Source: Octopus bimaculoides
Lineage: Eukaryota
NCBI RefSeq assembly: GCF_001194135.2
Contig: NC_068988.1
Span: 45,539,692-45,597,968 of the forward strand
Direction of reading: 5' to 3'
DNA: 58,277 nt
Position 1 is the stretch's first letter, and the number at the start of each line of letters is the position of its first letter. Made by a program: the position numbers and the translations under genes. Under the pieces are notes generated by a model, which was not told the DNA's origin, searched no databases, and worked only from the letters and a program-made list of their open reading frames with translations. Positions 22,150 through 36,381 of this stretch are shown here, one piece after another.

Positions 22150-22829
22150 ATGTGTTGCAGTAATTTTATTTGCATGCTTAAGATGAATTGTTCATTTGAA
22201 CAATTTCACCTATTGGGGGTCTAAGAATTGGTTAATTACAAAGGAACATCATAACAATTTACTAAGAATTACAATATGGTGCAGCTTACAATGGGAAGGA
22301 TTAATTGGACCATTCTTTTTTTTATGGTACTCCGACTGGCCCCATTTGGACTTACTGCAACAATCTGTCATACCAATCATTGAAGAGGGCTTTGAAGATG
22401 TGGATTTTTGGTATGATGGGGTATCCCTACACTACCATTGTAATATAAGGGCCTACCTTGATGAGATTTTGTCAAACAGGTGAATTGGATGAAGAGGTTC
22501 AGTAGAATGTTTTACTTATTCACCAGATCATACACCCCTAGACGTTTTTTACCTGGGAGTACATAGTAAAACAAAGCTGGCACTACAAAACTGACAACTT
22601 TTGAAGAATGCACACACATAAAGACAAAAATGTTTCTTGATGTTTGTAATTCAATTGTTTTGTATTATTAGCAATACCAAGACCAAAATGGTCATCAGTT
22701 TGAAAACAGGCATTCATAACAGTATTAGAGTTTGTGGGTGGATTCTATAAAATTTTGAAAATGAAATGCATTTTAAAAGGCTGACTTTATAATTATTCAG
22801 TGTATGCATACTTACACTGGGTCACCCTG
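22150..22829 (+). mobile_element. Tc1/mariner-superfamily transposase remnant with right terminus
   Basis: Frameshifted NFTYWG...ITIWCSL...GLIGPFFF...LDLLQQSVIP...FWYDGVSLHYH...RAYLDEIL...WIG(R)RGSVE..YSPDHTPLDVFY; ends caccctg-TA. Confidence 0.8.
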
Positions 22830-23914
22830 TACACACACACACACACACACACACACATGTGCACAGACACACATATACATACACACACGTGTGCACACAC
22901 AAACACACACACACACACACACACGCACACCAAAATGCTCAATATAAGAACACTTTCAAAAGCAATATAAAAATAACATTACAGAGTGAAATATTTGAAT
23001 ATAAGAAATATAAACAATGCACTTTCGAGCTATATGCTTTGTTTCTGTTTCTGCATACATATGCATGCATATATACCATCTTCCACCATCTCAACAAACA
23101 TCACAAGTACACATATGTATACAAACACACATACATACATACATACACACATACACACATACATATATATATATATACATCTATACATATATAAATATTT
23201 ATAAACACACATTCACATATACATACGTACACATAGACATGAATATTCTATCAATAATTTCTGCAGTATGTTAGTTAACCCTATCAAGTTCACAGCTGCT
23301 ACCAACACTTGCAGTGGCTGTTAGAAATGACAAACAATTCTCAATGAATGAGAGAAATCTTTCAAGTCTACAGATTGTGGCATTATGCAAGAGGGTTGTT
23401 ACATGTAACTATTCCAATTATAAATTGAATATACTGCCATAGATGAATGTAAATACAATTGTACAACATAATTCAGTGTTCTGGAGAGACTATAGATCTT
23501 TGTTTTCAATAGTGGATATCTGAATATAATGCAATTAATAACTAATGAACAAATGACAGAAATGGCTTTTTCAGAAATTAGACAAAAGGACAAAAGAAAG
23601 CATTTGTAAATATTGACAATAATAGAAGATGTGAATATGTGAATGAAGAAGCCTCACTGCCAGCTGAATTGTTGGTCTTCAAATGGTTAAGAGCAGTAGT
23701 TATCATGACATGAAGTGACAAAAGTTTGTTAACTATAAACTAAACAAGAAATGATAAATAGCTACAAATCCAATATCTACTCAATGATGACATCCTGGAA
23801 TTTTGCATGCTAATACATAGAGTGCATCACAAACTGTCATCTTCTGAGGATCCACAAGCTGTAGTCTTCTGTTTGATCCTTTTAACTTCACCCAACATAT
23901 ATCTAGGTCAGGTA

Positions 23915-24112
23915 AAGTTAATGAGCTAGTAGAGACGTTAGCCTGTAGGGAAAAGTGCTTAGCAGCATTTCGTCCATCTTTTTATTCTGAGTTTAAATGC
24001 TGCTGGGGTCAACTTTGCCTTTCAAAATAAGTACCAGCTAAACATTGGGGTCGATGAAATTGACTTACCCAGTTTCTGGGCATTTCTGGCTTTGTAGCAA
24101 AATTTGAAACCA
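23915..24112 (+). mobile_element. SINE family B
   Basis: 'gcttagcagcatttcgtccatc...ggggtcaactttgcctttc...aaatttgaaacc'. Confidence 0.75.
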
Positions 24113-24139
24113 ATATCTAAAATTTGAAAATTAACATCC

Positions 24140-24320
24140 CATGCCAATGACATAAAAGGCACTCGCAACACTCTGTTGAGTGGTTGGCATTAGGAAGGGC
24201 ATTCAGCTGTGGAAACCAAACCAAAATCAGACTGAAACCTGGTACAGCTCTCTGACTTACCAGTTCCAGTCAAATCATCTAACCCATGCCAGCATGGAAA
24301 GTGAATCGTGAATGATGATC
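24140..24320 (+). mobile_element. RTE-LINE 3' tail (family C)
   Basis: 'gagtggttggcattaggaagggcattcagctgtggaaacc...acccatgccagcatggaaa'. Confidence 0.8.
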
Positions 24321-24873
24321 TAGGGCAGGTAATATCTAGGTTATTAAAAAGGGTAGGATGTGGATATTATAGATCTTAATCTGGTGCAAACCACAATTTA
24401 TTGAACTTTATAATTTCAGCAGAAATTTTTGTCATAGATTATTAAGTTTCCTGTTTCTGAAACAAACACTGTATCACATCAGCAGGAGTAATGGATTGGA
24501 AGAATTCTTAATGAGCAGGAGAAAATGCATTATGGTAATTCTTTCAGCTCTTAATGTTCTGAATTTAAATTCTGAGGTCATCTTCGCCACTTTTAGGGTT
24601 CACGAAATAGAGTTACAGTCAAATACCAGGACTAGTTTAAATGACAAGCTTCCTCCTCTCAAAGATTGAGGGTCGATATAATTGACTAGCTCCTCTCCCT
24701 CAAATTTCAGGGTTTGTACTAAATTTAGTATCCATTATTATTATTATTTTGTTGTTGCTGTTATTGTTGTTGTTATTATTATTGTTATTATTATCATCAT
24801 TATTATTATTAATACTATCAAGGTGGCGAACCGGCAGAATTGTTAGCACGTTGGGCAAAATGCTTAGCAGCAT

Positions 24874-26864
24874 TGTGTATGAGTAGGTATACGTATATAT
24901 GAATGCATCCCCACTATTAGTACTATTTTGTTAAGCACATCTACTAAACAGTATGAACTGTGACTTAAGAGGATACGTACAGTGTGTATCACTCCGCTAT
25001 ACATATAAACATACCAAGTAAGTAAATACGTAGAATCATAATAACACCTTCAATGAGTTGTTTATTGTCCCAACACGAACCAAAGGAAAACATAATATGG
25101 TGGCAGTGATAAATACTTAAACAAAAACCGTGCCATTACAACAAAACAGGAACACAACAAGCCTGAATTTAACAAACTGAATATCGTTTCGTCTTCAGAC
25201 ACACTTGAGGATCTGAAATGGCAGACCCCGTCGCTGTACAGATGAATCTATATCTAACCATGAACTGGGACACCGATGATATCGTGGAAGCATTCAAGAA
25301 ATTCAAATGGAAAAGTCAATTGGCTTTCAAAAGCTTCCTGAAAGGTACAACTGCCTATGAAAGGAAAGGACTTGATATTGGCAGATGCACTTTCCAGACT
25401 ATCATCACATGATAAACAGGAGATGGAAGGACTCAGTGTAAAGGTCCACCACATTGTAAATGTGACAAATATAAAGCTGGAACAAATCAAAGAGGAGGCC
25501 AGCAGAGATGAAGAACTCCAGCTCCTTGCTCCATAGCAAGCTATTGGAGTAGATCTGTTCACAGAGAACCAAGAATAGTACTTAATTATGGTCTGCTACT
25601 ACTCTAAATTTCCATTTGTGAGAAAAGTGAAAGACCTGAGAGCCAAAACAATAACTAAAGTGGCTCGAGGACTTCTAGCAGAGCAAGGAATACCAGAGCA
25701 GATCATAGGTGACAATGGAACCCAGTTCACATCTCAGGAATTCAAAAAGCTAGCCAATGAATATGGGTTCATCATTATAACCTCATCTCCACACTAGCCC
25801 AAAGGTCATAGATTCGTAGAAAGACAGGTGCAGACAGTAAAGAGAACTGCTGGGAAACTAAGAAAGACCCACACCTAGCACTTCTGTCCCTACGAGCGAC
25901 ACCATTGTGGGCTGACATGAAATCCCCAACAGAACTGCTGAATAGCAGGTAATACAAAACCACACTGCCAACTAAGATCCAACTTCCTATTGACCAGGAA
26001 GAGACAAGGGCAAAGCTAGCAGCCACTCAAGAACAAGGACAGAAATATTACAACAAACATACACAATACTTACCTGAGATACTTAGAGGACAACATGGAT
26101 CTCAGCACAAGTCATCAGTAGAGCCGAGACTCCAAGACCATATTATATTATAGAAACTGAATCTGGTAGGCAACTGAGACAAAACAGGGCCCACATCTGC
26201 CCAACACCAAAGCTATCGAGGATAATATGCACGACACCTGCATCATCAGTGACAACACCAACAAGAACCACAGCACCCACAGCAGACATGGCACAGACAG
26301 AATCCGTGTTTCCACAGAATCATCACCCCACAGAGGCACCAGCCACCCATCAGCAGCCTAACAACACATCATTACACACATCTCAGACATCAGTGCAGAG
26401 CACAAGATCCACCAGATAGAAACTGAATATTTTACCACCGATTCGATACCGTTAAAAGAAAAAAAAGTAAATAATAACTAGTTCTACTAGATTAGGAAGC
26501 AGAAAACCATGGTTTCTGTTGCAGGATTGCCACCCTTTGCACTGACAATCCATTAGTGTAAGGGAGATTACTTCTATTCTTTTCATTGCCAAAAGATCCT
26601 TTTTCAAGAAGGGATGTTATATGTTCATATCTATGTGTATGTGTAGGTATATGTATATATGAATATATCCCCACTATTAGTACTATTTTGTTAAGCACAT
26701 CTAGTAAACAGTATGAACTGTGACTAAAGCGGATACGCACAGTGTGTATCACTCCACTATACATATACGGTTGTAAACATGCCAAGTAAATAAACACGTA
26801 GAATCATAATAACGCCTTTAATGAGTTGTTTATTGTCCCAACACGAACCAAAGAATACATAACA
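24874..26864 (+). mobile_element. Miniature non-autonomous Ty3/Gypsy LTR element
   Basis: 5' LTR 24874-25097 (left-truncated); PBS tggtggcagtg 25098-25108; PPT aagaaggga; 3' LTR 26615-26864 (TGTTAT...ATAACA); degenerate gag, RNase H end and integrase pieces. Confidence 0.9.
25376..25990 (+). pseudogene. Gypsy pol remnant: RNase H C-terminus/linker fused to the integrase DDE core
   Basis: LILADALSRL...LEQIKEEASRDEELQLL then P*QAIGVDLF...YYSKFP...GIPEQIIGDNGTQFTSQEFKKLANEYG...TSSPH*PKGHRFVERQVQTVK; several in-frame stops. Confidence 0.9.
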
Positions 26865-26889
26865 ATTATTATTATTATTATTATTATTA

Positions 26890-27352
26890 TTGTTGAGTGA
26901 GAGAGCAGGGCATTCCATCAAAGTGACACTGAGGTAGAATATACGAAGCCCATTATACCCATCATGACGACCCGTCTGATAAGGGTACACCAGGCACATG
27001 CATCACAAACATATTTGCACGACATGGTGATCTCATATCAAGATAAATAGCGCATGACCTCTCAGGTGGGGCCCAGTTAGAATTTTCTTCAGGTCGAGTA
27101 GCCCATTCCACTCAAAAGGTCCCTGAATAAGGTTTGTTTAAGGATGTTGAGCAAAACACCCATGTTTCCAAAGGTGAATTATTCAAACCCTAAAGAATTC
27201 CTCTCAGCACATGGCTATGATGCTCCCCCCACTACTTCTGCTTATGATCAGAGATGCACATATCATCAGCCACTAAAGGACATGCTCAACTAGTTAAGGT
27301 CAAACAACTGACAAGCAAATCTGTGGTATTGAGCAGAATATTTGCTGTAACC

Positions 27353-27355
<3 letters not shown>
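26890..27355. mobile_element. Interspersed repeat family D flanked on both sides by (TAT)n
   Basis: 'gagtgagagagcagggcattccatcaaagtgacactgaggtag...'; its start recurs at 33018-33120, also between (TAT)/(AAT) arrays. Confidence 0.65.
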
Positions 27356-27411
<56 letters not shown>

Positions 27412-27499
27412 CATCATCATCATCATTATTATTATTATTTAAATGTTATTACATGCTAATTTAATTGGCAGGGATGCTCTCATAAGGTTTGGTGATAAT

Positions 27500-27745
27500 A
27501 AGTTTCCTCAAGTCTCAAGACTCTTTCTTAGGATTCTTGCAGAATACAGGATTGTATGACACTTTCTTGCAATTAATACAATAAATGATGTCTCAATTGC
27601 AATGTCCTTCAGCTGCTTAGGTGGCAGTTTGATGTGATGTCAAGTATACCAATTACCACAAGAACAATTGTCAACTTTGTCCTCCATAGTCTCTTTAGAT
27701 CTCTGGCTAGGTCTTGGTATTTTTCAGTTTCCTCAATTTCTGATC
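27500..27745 (-). mobile_element. RLE-type (R4/Dong-like) LINE 3' remnant
   Basis: Minus strand reads EKYQDLARDLKRLWRTKLTIVLVVIG...; typical C-terminus downstream of a restriction-like endonuclease. Confidence 0.75.
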
Positions 27746-27818
27746 AGTAAAGATCAGAAGCCATGAGAGCCACTGCCTGATACTGCATCAAGGCATCATC
27801 ATCATCAACATCATCATC

Positions 27819-27850
<32 letters not shown>

Positions 27851-28779
27851 CATCATTATTATTCTGAAGGCAATTTCTAACAGGACAAGTGACAATGTAG
27901 TGCCACAATCCAATGAAGAAACCTTTACATGGTTACTCGAATTGTTAGAAATAGCAGACAAATATCCTTCAAACTACATCTTGCTATATTTTAAATATGA
28001 CAAATTAGATAATGTAGTTCCAAGTTCACTGCACTAAAGGAAAAAATGAAATAAAAAAAAAAGTACAGGATGGACATGGCTACAATGTCCTTGAGCGTAG
28101 ATCTCCTTGACCAGTGTTGACCTGATGCTAAATAATAACAGCTACATAGTGCCTCAAGGTAGATTATATTAAATTTGTTTTGTTTAGTCTGACTGACTAA
28201 AAACATGTGCTACTCTTAATTCACAGTTGAATGGTTACTGTAAGGAAGGACATCTGGCTATAAAAATCAATTTGCTCCAGCAATATACAAATATTCCAAT
28301 TTTCAAACTATATTATTATGGAAAACTTAATGTACAATAATGTCTCACAGTGTGTATGGACGTGTATTTTTCTATGCGTATTATATTCTATACATACACT
28401 TTACACACCTATTACACTAGTATAAATCATAAATATATGTGTGAGTATATGTATGTCATATTAACATGAGCCATGAATATAGATATCTGTATTTGTGAGT
28501 ATGTGTGTATGTATGTATGTATGTATGTATGTATGTGCATGTGTGTGTAAGTTTATGCACACACATACACACACACATATGTATATATGTATATATATAT
28601 ATATGTATATATATACACATTTATATGCATATGTATATATAAATAGAGAGAGGTGAAAGTAGAGATATAAGTATATACATGTATATATGTGTGTGTATAT
28701 GTATATATATATTTATATATATATATACTTACATATATATATAAATAGATATATGTACATATATATATGTCTATATGCA

Positions 28780-28845
<66 letters not shown>

Positions 28846-29950
28846 AAGACAGAGAGAGAAAGACAGACAGAAAGAGATAGAGAGAAAGATAGATATAGAT
28901 ATATAGATAAATAGACAGATCAATAAATAGATAGATAGGAAGATGATAGACTGATATAAAAAGAGAGATACACAGAGATATGTGTGTGTGTGTGCCTGTT
29001 TGTATGAATATATATATATATATATATACACACACATAAACACATATATATGTATGCATGTATGTATGCTTATATGAATATAAGTATACACCAAAACATA
29101 TCTATCTTATACTTGTTTGGTGGTATAGAAACTTTAGAATCTGCTGCAAGAACTTAAGTAATACTATTATGAATAAAATACCCAACTCTCACCATAAGAG
29201 GAGTTGATAATACGATCAACATTCCAGCGTCCTCACCCACAAGCACCACTAAATACATCATCAGAATATACAGAGGGTTCACAGGTGTTGTTAACATCAA
29301 CATTAAGTCACCAGACATACAAAAAGTCTGCAGTCTTACAGACATTGCAAAACCATTTTAGGAGAGACAGAAATAAAGAAAACAACTAACAAACAAGCAA
29401 AAAATACCTTAAAAATGGTAAAAAGTGGAAAAATAAAGGAAAGAATATATATGTGGTAAGTGTGTATGTGTTTATGTTTACGGGTTAATAACAATCATAG
29501 ATAATATCAGATACTGTAGAGTGGAAATTGTGTTGGGTTTAAACACATATGGAAAGTTATCCTGGAATTTGAACTACCTAATAAAGCAGAACACAGAATT
29601 GTGATTAAATTCCTCCATTCCACCTACCGATTATCTTCAAATTGCAAATATAAATTGATAGTTTGCTGTATTATAAATTACAGGTTTAACACTTTTCACT
29701 TCGTTCAAAAGCAAATGCTGTTTTTCTGATGCAGACAGAAATATATACACACGCGTGCACATACACACACATGCATACGCACGCACACACACACACACAC
29801 ACACGCACATACATTCATATACACGCACATACACACACACACACAGAAAGCGATACATATGTATATCTGTATAACATATACATGAATCTAGGTATGTATA
29901 TATATGAATGCATGCATGTATCTCTCTACCTATATATCTCTATACATACA

Positions 29951-29984
<34 letters not shown>

Positions 29985-30085
29985 CATATGTATGCATACA
30001 TATTTATGTATATATAAATTTATTCATGTACATATATATCTATATACATATATAATGTATATATATAAGCATATATATAAAGATG

Positions 30086-30117
<32 letters not shown>

Positions 30118-30899
30118 CGTGTGCGTGTGTGTGTGTGTGAGTGTGTATATATATGTGTAATATATATATATATATATATATATACATAAGCATAAATGTA
30201 TGAGTGTATGTGTGGTCGTATATATTTATACACAAACACACTCGCATGCACATATGTTTGTGTGTACTCATATAGATACATATATATGTATGTGTATGCC
30301 TATAAAAGTAACATCATCATCATTGATTTACATATAATGATGATATATATTTATTCATACACACATCAAATACACACACACACACGCACACACACACATA
30401 GATACACACACATGCATATACACTTACATATATATTTGTGTTAAATATACATATGTATGAGTGTGAGTGAATGTATTATGCATATATAGATATTTGTACA
30501 AAAATCCAATTTCCTCCATTTTATAAAAAAAATACAGAAAAAAATTCTTCACCCCAACACATATAATGAGGAGCTATTTCAAGTGTGGAATGGAAATTGC
30601 TTCTAGCTGCTGGCTCTGAGAGTTAGAACATTTCTTAAATTAAAATGCTGATATTAAAATGTGAATGAGTTGGTGAATATAAAAATAAACTAAGACTAGG
30701 CAATAGTAAGATAGTGAAGTACAGTAACCGATGATGATGATGATGATGATGATGATGACCATGATGTTGGTGATGATGATGATGGTTATGACGACGATGA
30801 TGGTTATAACAATGACGACGATGACGATGATGTAGTGGTTAGTAATTAAGAAGGTGTTAATAACAGGAAATTAGACTTTAAGTCAGTTAGAAAATTGAT

Positions 30900-31980
30900 T
30901 TCAAATTTGGGTATAAGCCAGCAAAATTCATTGACCCTAGTACTAAACTGGTATTTATTGCATTGGCCCCGGATGGAGGAAAAGCAAAGTTGACCTTGGT
31001 GGAATTTGAACCCACAATGTAAAAATGGACGAAATACTGCAAATCATTTTGACCAGCACGCTAACCATTTGTCCTATTTTACTTGCTGCCATACTCAGTT
31101 ATAACACTGAGTCTTTAATTTTGGCATGAGGCCAGTAGGTTTGGGTGCAGGGTAAGTCAATGACATCAACACCAGTGTTCAGCTGGTACTTATTTTATTG
31201 ACACTGAAAGAATGAGTGACAAAGATGACCTCAGCAGAGTTTGAGCTCAAAGCATAGAGATAAATGAAATGCTGTTTTACCCAGTGTGATAACAGCTCTG
31301 CCTGCTCACTGCCTGCTCACTGCCTTAGTCAGTTATAATATGTGCTTCAAATTTTGGTACAGGGACAACAATTTCAGGCGTAGTCCCAGTACTCTAATGG
31401 TACTTATTTTATTGACTCTCAAAGGATGAAGGGCAAAATCGACCTCAGCAGAATTTGAACTCAGAACATAAACATAAAGATATAGGCACAGCAGTGGCTG
31501 TGTGGTAAGCAGCTTGCTTACCAACCACATGGTTCTGGGTTCAGTCCCACTGTGTGGCAAATTGGGCAAGTGTCTTCTACTGTAGACTCGGGCCGACCAA
31601 AGCCTTGTGAGTGAATTTGGTGGACGGAAACTGAAAGAAGCCCATCAAATATATATATATATGTATATATATGTATATGTTTGTGTGTGTATATGTTAAT
31701 CTGTGTTTGTCCCACCAGCATTGCTTGACAACCGATGCTGGTGCGTTTATGTCCTCGTAACTTAGCAGTTCGGCAAAAGAGAAAAATAGAATAAGTACTA
31801 GGCTTACAATGTATAGGTCCTGGGGTCGATTTGCTCGACTAAAGGCGATGCTCNNNNNNNNNNAGCATGGCTGCAGTCAAATGACTAAAACAAGTAAAAA
31901 GAGTAAAAAAAAAAAAGAATAGACGAAACACCACTAAGCATTTTTCCCAGCATGCTAATGATTCTGCCAGTTCACTGCTT
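30900..31980 (-). mobile_element. Three tandem SINE family B copies; the third is split by a family A insertion
   Basis: Copies at ~30900-31070, 31118-31325, and 31340-31478 resuming at 31920-31980. Confidence 0.75.
31485..31918 (+). mobile_element. SINE family A, full length, nested in family B
   Basis: Head 'ggcacagcagtggctgtgtggtaagc' to tail 'acaagtaaaaagagtaaaaa'. Confidence 0.9.
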
Positions 31981-32446
31981 TTAGTCAGTTATAACTTCAA
32001 TAATTGTTTCTAACATTGACTGAGGGTTTTTGAATATGACGGGGAGCTGGTTGACTACATTGACACCTGTACTTGAATCTCTCTGTATTTCATTAACTTT
32101 GGAAAGAATGAGAAATAAATTTGACCAATGAGATATGAACTTAGAACATAATGAACTGTAGGTAAATTCTGCGAAGTTATTTACTTGCTATTCTGAAGAT
32201 ACAGCTATCCATTATGCAATGTAAGGTAGGTCTGGTCATATTACATAGATGCTGGAGTGGAGGTGGGTACTGGTTAGGTGAAGATGGCATTGAAAAGTGG
32301 ATAGGTAAAATAATTGAGCTATCCAGAGTATGCAACATGGTGATTAAGCTTAGACTTTTTGTAAGCCAAAGCAGTAACAAGTCTTATCTCTGCCTATGCC
32401 TCATAATTGGATTTACTGATGAATAAAAAATGAACTCCTTCTAAGA

Positions 32447-32721
32447 CAGTGGTTCCCAAAGTGAGCGGTATTTCCCCACTGGGGGCGGTGCAAAGTTCCA
32501 AGGGGGTGTTGAAGAACAGTGTGGTGATAATGGGGTGGCGATTAATGTAGAAACAACAAAATAATGGGTTCGTTAGGTTTAGTTTTATTTGTGAAATACT
32601 GGTGCTTTGAATTTGCTTCAGAAAGAGGTCTCTGTTTGTGATGGTTAGTTGGGGTGGGGGTGCTAGGAATGTGACCTGGGTGTCAAGGGGGCAGTAGCCA
32701 GAAAATGTTGTGGAACCACTG
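32447..32721. mobile_element. hAT (Charlie-like) MITE
   Basis: TIRs cagtggttcc / ggaaccactg; perfect 8-bp TSD ttctaaga at 32439-32446 and 32722-32729. Confidence 0.92.
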
Positions 32722-32979
32722 TTCTAAGAGGTTGTTTTGAGTATCAACTGGATAACAAGCAGATGAGAGCAGCATTATCTTGAGTGGTGGTTTGAATGCA
32801 TATGCTGGGTACTGCTCCACCATAACCACCACCACCACCTTAGCAGTATTTTGTCAGTTGCTATGTGCTGAGTTCAAATTCTGCTGAGGTCAGCTGTGCT
32901 TTTCATTGTTTCAGGGTCGATAAATTAATTACTACTGAAGCACTGGGATCAATATAATCCTTGTGCCTATAATAGAACA

Positions 32980-33010
<31 letters not shown>

Positions 33011-33123
33011 TATTATTGAGAGAGTGGCACATGCCATCAAAATGATGCTGGGGTACAAATATAGGAAGCTCAATACACCCATCTTGACAGCCTATCTGAT
33101 AAGGGTGCACCAGGTACATTATG

Positions 33124-33188
<65 letters not shown>

Positions 33189-33249
33189 TATCATTATTAT
33201 TATTATTATTATTATCATTACTATCTGAAACTTTTATGGAACTTCCATT

Positions 33250-33358
33250 GTACCTATGCAAAGAATAGAGAAGAACTGCCATGTTTATAGCAGTTGTTGA
33301 CTGTTTTATAATTGACATTGTTAAACCTGCTGTTGGCAACAATATTACTAAAAAAAGG
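33250..33358. repeat. Dispersed repeat; inverted copy of ~325-430
   Basis: 'gaactgccatgtttatagcagttgttgactgttttataattgacattgttaaacctgctgttggcaacaatattact' is the reverse complement of the segment at 335-408. Confidence 0.8.
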
Positions 33359-34039
33359 AATTCAAATATATAAAAAAATAAAAGGATAAGTGCTGAGAAC
33401 TTAAGTTAGAGCTNNNNNNNNNNNNNNNNNNNNNNNNNNNNNNNNNNNNNNNNNNNNNNNNNNNNNNNNNNNNNNNNNNNNNNNNNNNNNNNNNNNNNNN
33501 NNNNNNNNNNNNNNNNNNNNNNNNNNNNNNNNNNNNNNNNNNNNNNNNNNNNNNNNNNNNNNNNNNNNNNNNNNNNNNNNNNNNNNNNNNNNNNNNNNNN
33601 NNNNNNNNNNNNNNNNNNNNNNNNNNNNNNNNNNNNNNNNNNNNNNNNNNNNNNNNNNNNNNNNNNNNNNNNNNNNNNNNNNNNNNNNNNNNNNNNNNNN
33701 NNNNNNNNNNNNNNNNNNNNNNNNNNNNNNNNNNNNNNNNNNNNNNNNNNNNNNNNNNNNNNNNNNNNNNNNNNNNNNNNNNNNNNNNNNNNNNNNNNNN
33801 NNNNNNNNNNNNNNNNNNNNNNNNNNNNNNNNNNNNNNNNNNNNNNNNNNNNNNNNNNNNNNNNNNNNNNNNNNNNNNNNNNNNNNNNNNNNNNNNNNNN
33901 NNNNNNNNNNNNNNNNNNNNNNNNNNNNNNNNNNNNNNNNNNNNNNNNNNNNNNNNNNNNNNNNNNNNNNNNNNNNNNNNNNNNNNNNNNNNNNNNNNNN
34001 TATTGTTGAAATTTATAGAAAAACGAAAGATGAAGAGAG

Positions 34040-34382
34040 GCCACACATGCAGACAGAACTACCATAGCTAATATGCTGGATATTGTTGTAGGAGACCAAA
34101 ACAAATTCTGTTAATTGATCGATATCAGCAACCGTTGTGATCATGATATTGCTGCAAAGGAATATAGCAAGCTCAGACAATATAAAGATTTTCTCATCAA
34201 AATTGGAAAAAATGTGACTCTCAAGGTAATAACACTACCAGTGATTGTAAGAGCACAAGGAATGATGAAGAAAGGAACTGAAAATTATTTGAGAATCATC
34301 CCTAGTTTATCATTCCTGTGAGAAGTACAAAAGATTGCTTTAACTGGTATGTCACACATATTAGGAAGAGCAATGTTGTGAA
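34040..34382 (+). mobile_element. RLE-type (R4/Dong-like) LINE 3' end with endonuclease remnant
   Basis: TDRTTIANMLDIVVGDQ...LIDISNRCDHDIAAKEYSKLRQYKD...LPVIVRAQGMMKKGTENYL...EVQKIALTGMSHILGRA; (R)PD-x-D-like RLE motif. Confidence 0.85.
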
Positions 34383-34926
34383 AATTAGGAATTTCCATGT
34401 AATACTGAATGTCTCACAAATGATTTATTATACTGTTTACTGTTCCAAAAGCCTCAAATGCATATAACTAAGTTATAAAGAACCAGCTTCCAATACAAGA
34501 TGTGGCAAGTGGGTAGACTAGTTGGGGTGTTCTAATCCAGACTATATGGCAGCTCCTCATCTCTGCATGAATGAGATGTCCTTATTCTTCTCTTGTGTTT
34601 TAAATAATATCTTATTCAATGATGCTGTTTCCTTATAAATATACATTAACATGCACTCACACACACACACACATGTATGTGTGTGTGTGTGTGTATGTGT
34701 GTACATACATGTAAGTTTGGGGATAACAGCTAGAGTGAGAGATATTTAATGGTGGATGACAGGAGATAATTTGGTGGCTCAGGTGGAGTGATCACCGTAA
34801 AATGTGGTAGGAGAGGACTTATAAGGACAAACAATAGATACTGAGTGAAATAGTTCTCAGCAGTGAGAAATATGATGGATGGTGTCTCTTAAAGAGAAAA
34901 CAGAGCAAGAGGACCAGTTGTGCATG

Positions 34927-34977
<51 letters not shown>

Positions 34978-35610
34978 TCATCATCGTCGTCACCATCATC
35001 ACTTAAAGTCCGTTTTCCATGCTGGCATAGGTTCAAGTTTTGACAGGAGCTGACCAGCTGAAGGGCTGTTCAGGCACCATTTCTATTTTGGTATGGTATC
35101 TACGGCTGGATGCCAACCACTTTACAGAGTGTAATGGGTGATTTTATGCAACACTGGCACAAGAGCTTTTTACATGACATCGAACACCTGCGAGTCTGTG
35201 AGATTAAGGATGCTCACTTGAAGAAGGTTGCAGGAGATGAGCCTGTATGCAAGGACAACCAAGCTTTTACTTAGTTTGACATGTCTTTTCAAACAAAGCA
35301 AACCACGAGGAGTCTTGGTTTCCAGTCATCCCTTCTGTGAGGCCCAACATCTATAGATGCTTTCTCACCACTTTGTCTAACATTGCTAGGTCTTCCCTTC
35401 CATATGTTTCCTCTACTATTAGAGATCAGCACCACTTGATGCAACTGTCTTCATCCGTATGCCTTACATGGCCATACCAGCACAGTCTTCTCTCTTGAAC
35501 ACTACAACTGATGCTACATATACCCAGTTTTTCTTGCAAATCAATTACACTCTGTCATATATGCACACTGACAACATCCATCCAGCAACGCCTACAGGCT
35601 TCATTTCTTT
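34978..35610 (-). mobile_element. RTE-clade LINE 3' end (RT C-terminus, 3' UTR and GAT tail)
   Basis: Minus strand: ERNEACRRCWMDVVSV...LQEKLGICSISCSVQERRLCWYGHV...DEDSCIK; continues into the family C tail. Confidence 0.85.
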
Positions 35611-36323
35611 CATATATATATACATACATACATACGTATGTATGCATGCATGAAAGCATATAATAAAAAGTATCAGAGAAAAGAGTTAGTATATTGTGTT
35701 TATTGTTTAGTTTATGTACGATTACTTTCTTGATTTCAATGAAACCAATCTTGCATGATGCCATTACCATGTCAGCAACTACTACGTTATTTGTAGTAGA
35801 TTTGGTGCTAATTATCTTTCAAATTTCTTCTGCTCCTCCTTCATCAGTTTTCCTCCATTTTTCCCTATATTTTGTTTAATTATAACCACCTATTTAGAAT
35901 GGCTTCAAGGATATATGGTTTTTTTCTAGATTGAAAGAACCATCAGCTTATTGCTTTTTGCAGTGTTCAGAGAAGTTGATTTTGACATTTATAGACTGTC
36001 ATTGAATGATTGCACAGTGCTCAAAGATAATCAGTAGTTGCCAACATGGTAACATTTTAGTTGAAATTGATGAAACAATAGTAAACTATGCAATAAACAC
36101 AATCTGCTGACTCTATTCTTTATTAGTTATTTATTATATATGCTCAATAAATTTTTTTGTGGATTTTTAGATTGCTGGTGCAGTGGTGTCCTAGATCTCC
36201 CTACATCACAATTGTCAGATTGCAACTGTACATGGAATTGCTTCCTGAGATAAACACCTGGATTATACATCAAAATTCATCTTATATATGTATATATATA
36301 TATATATATATACATACATCTAC

Positions 36324-36381
<58 letters not shown>

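Noticed and set aside
23783-23848. C/D box snoRNA-like ATGATGA...CTGA spacing (similar case at ~10174-10270)
   Set aside because: No terminal stem, no clear C'/D' boxes and no rRNA/snRNA complementarity that I could recognise; TGATGA is very common here
29154-29389. Overlapping ORFs; one minus frame reads ...SGACG-TGA-GRWNVDR, suggesting selenocysteine
   Set aside because: The same frame has another TGA just upstream and a TAA soon after; no SECIS seen and no recognisable homology; may be an old TE fragment
36171-36252. Cys-rich frame DCWCSGVLDLPTSQLSDCNCTWNCFLR* after a tttttag acceptor
   Set aside because: Short, weak polypyrimidine tract, no partner exon or family match; plausible by chance
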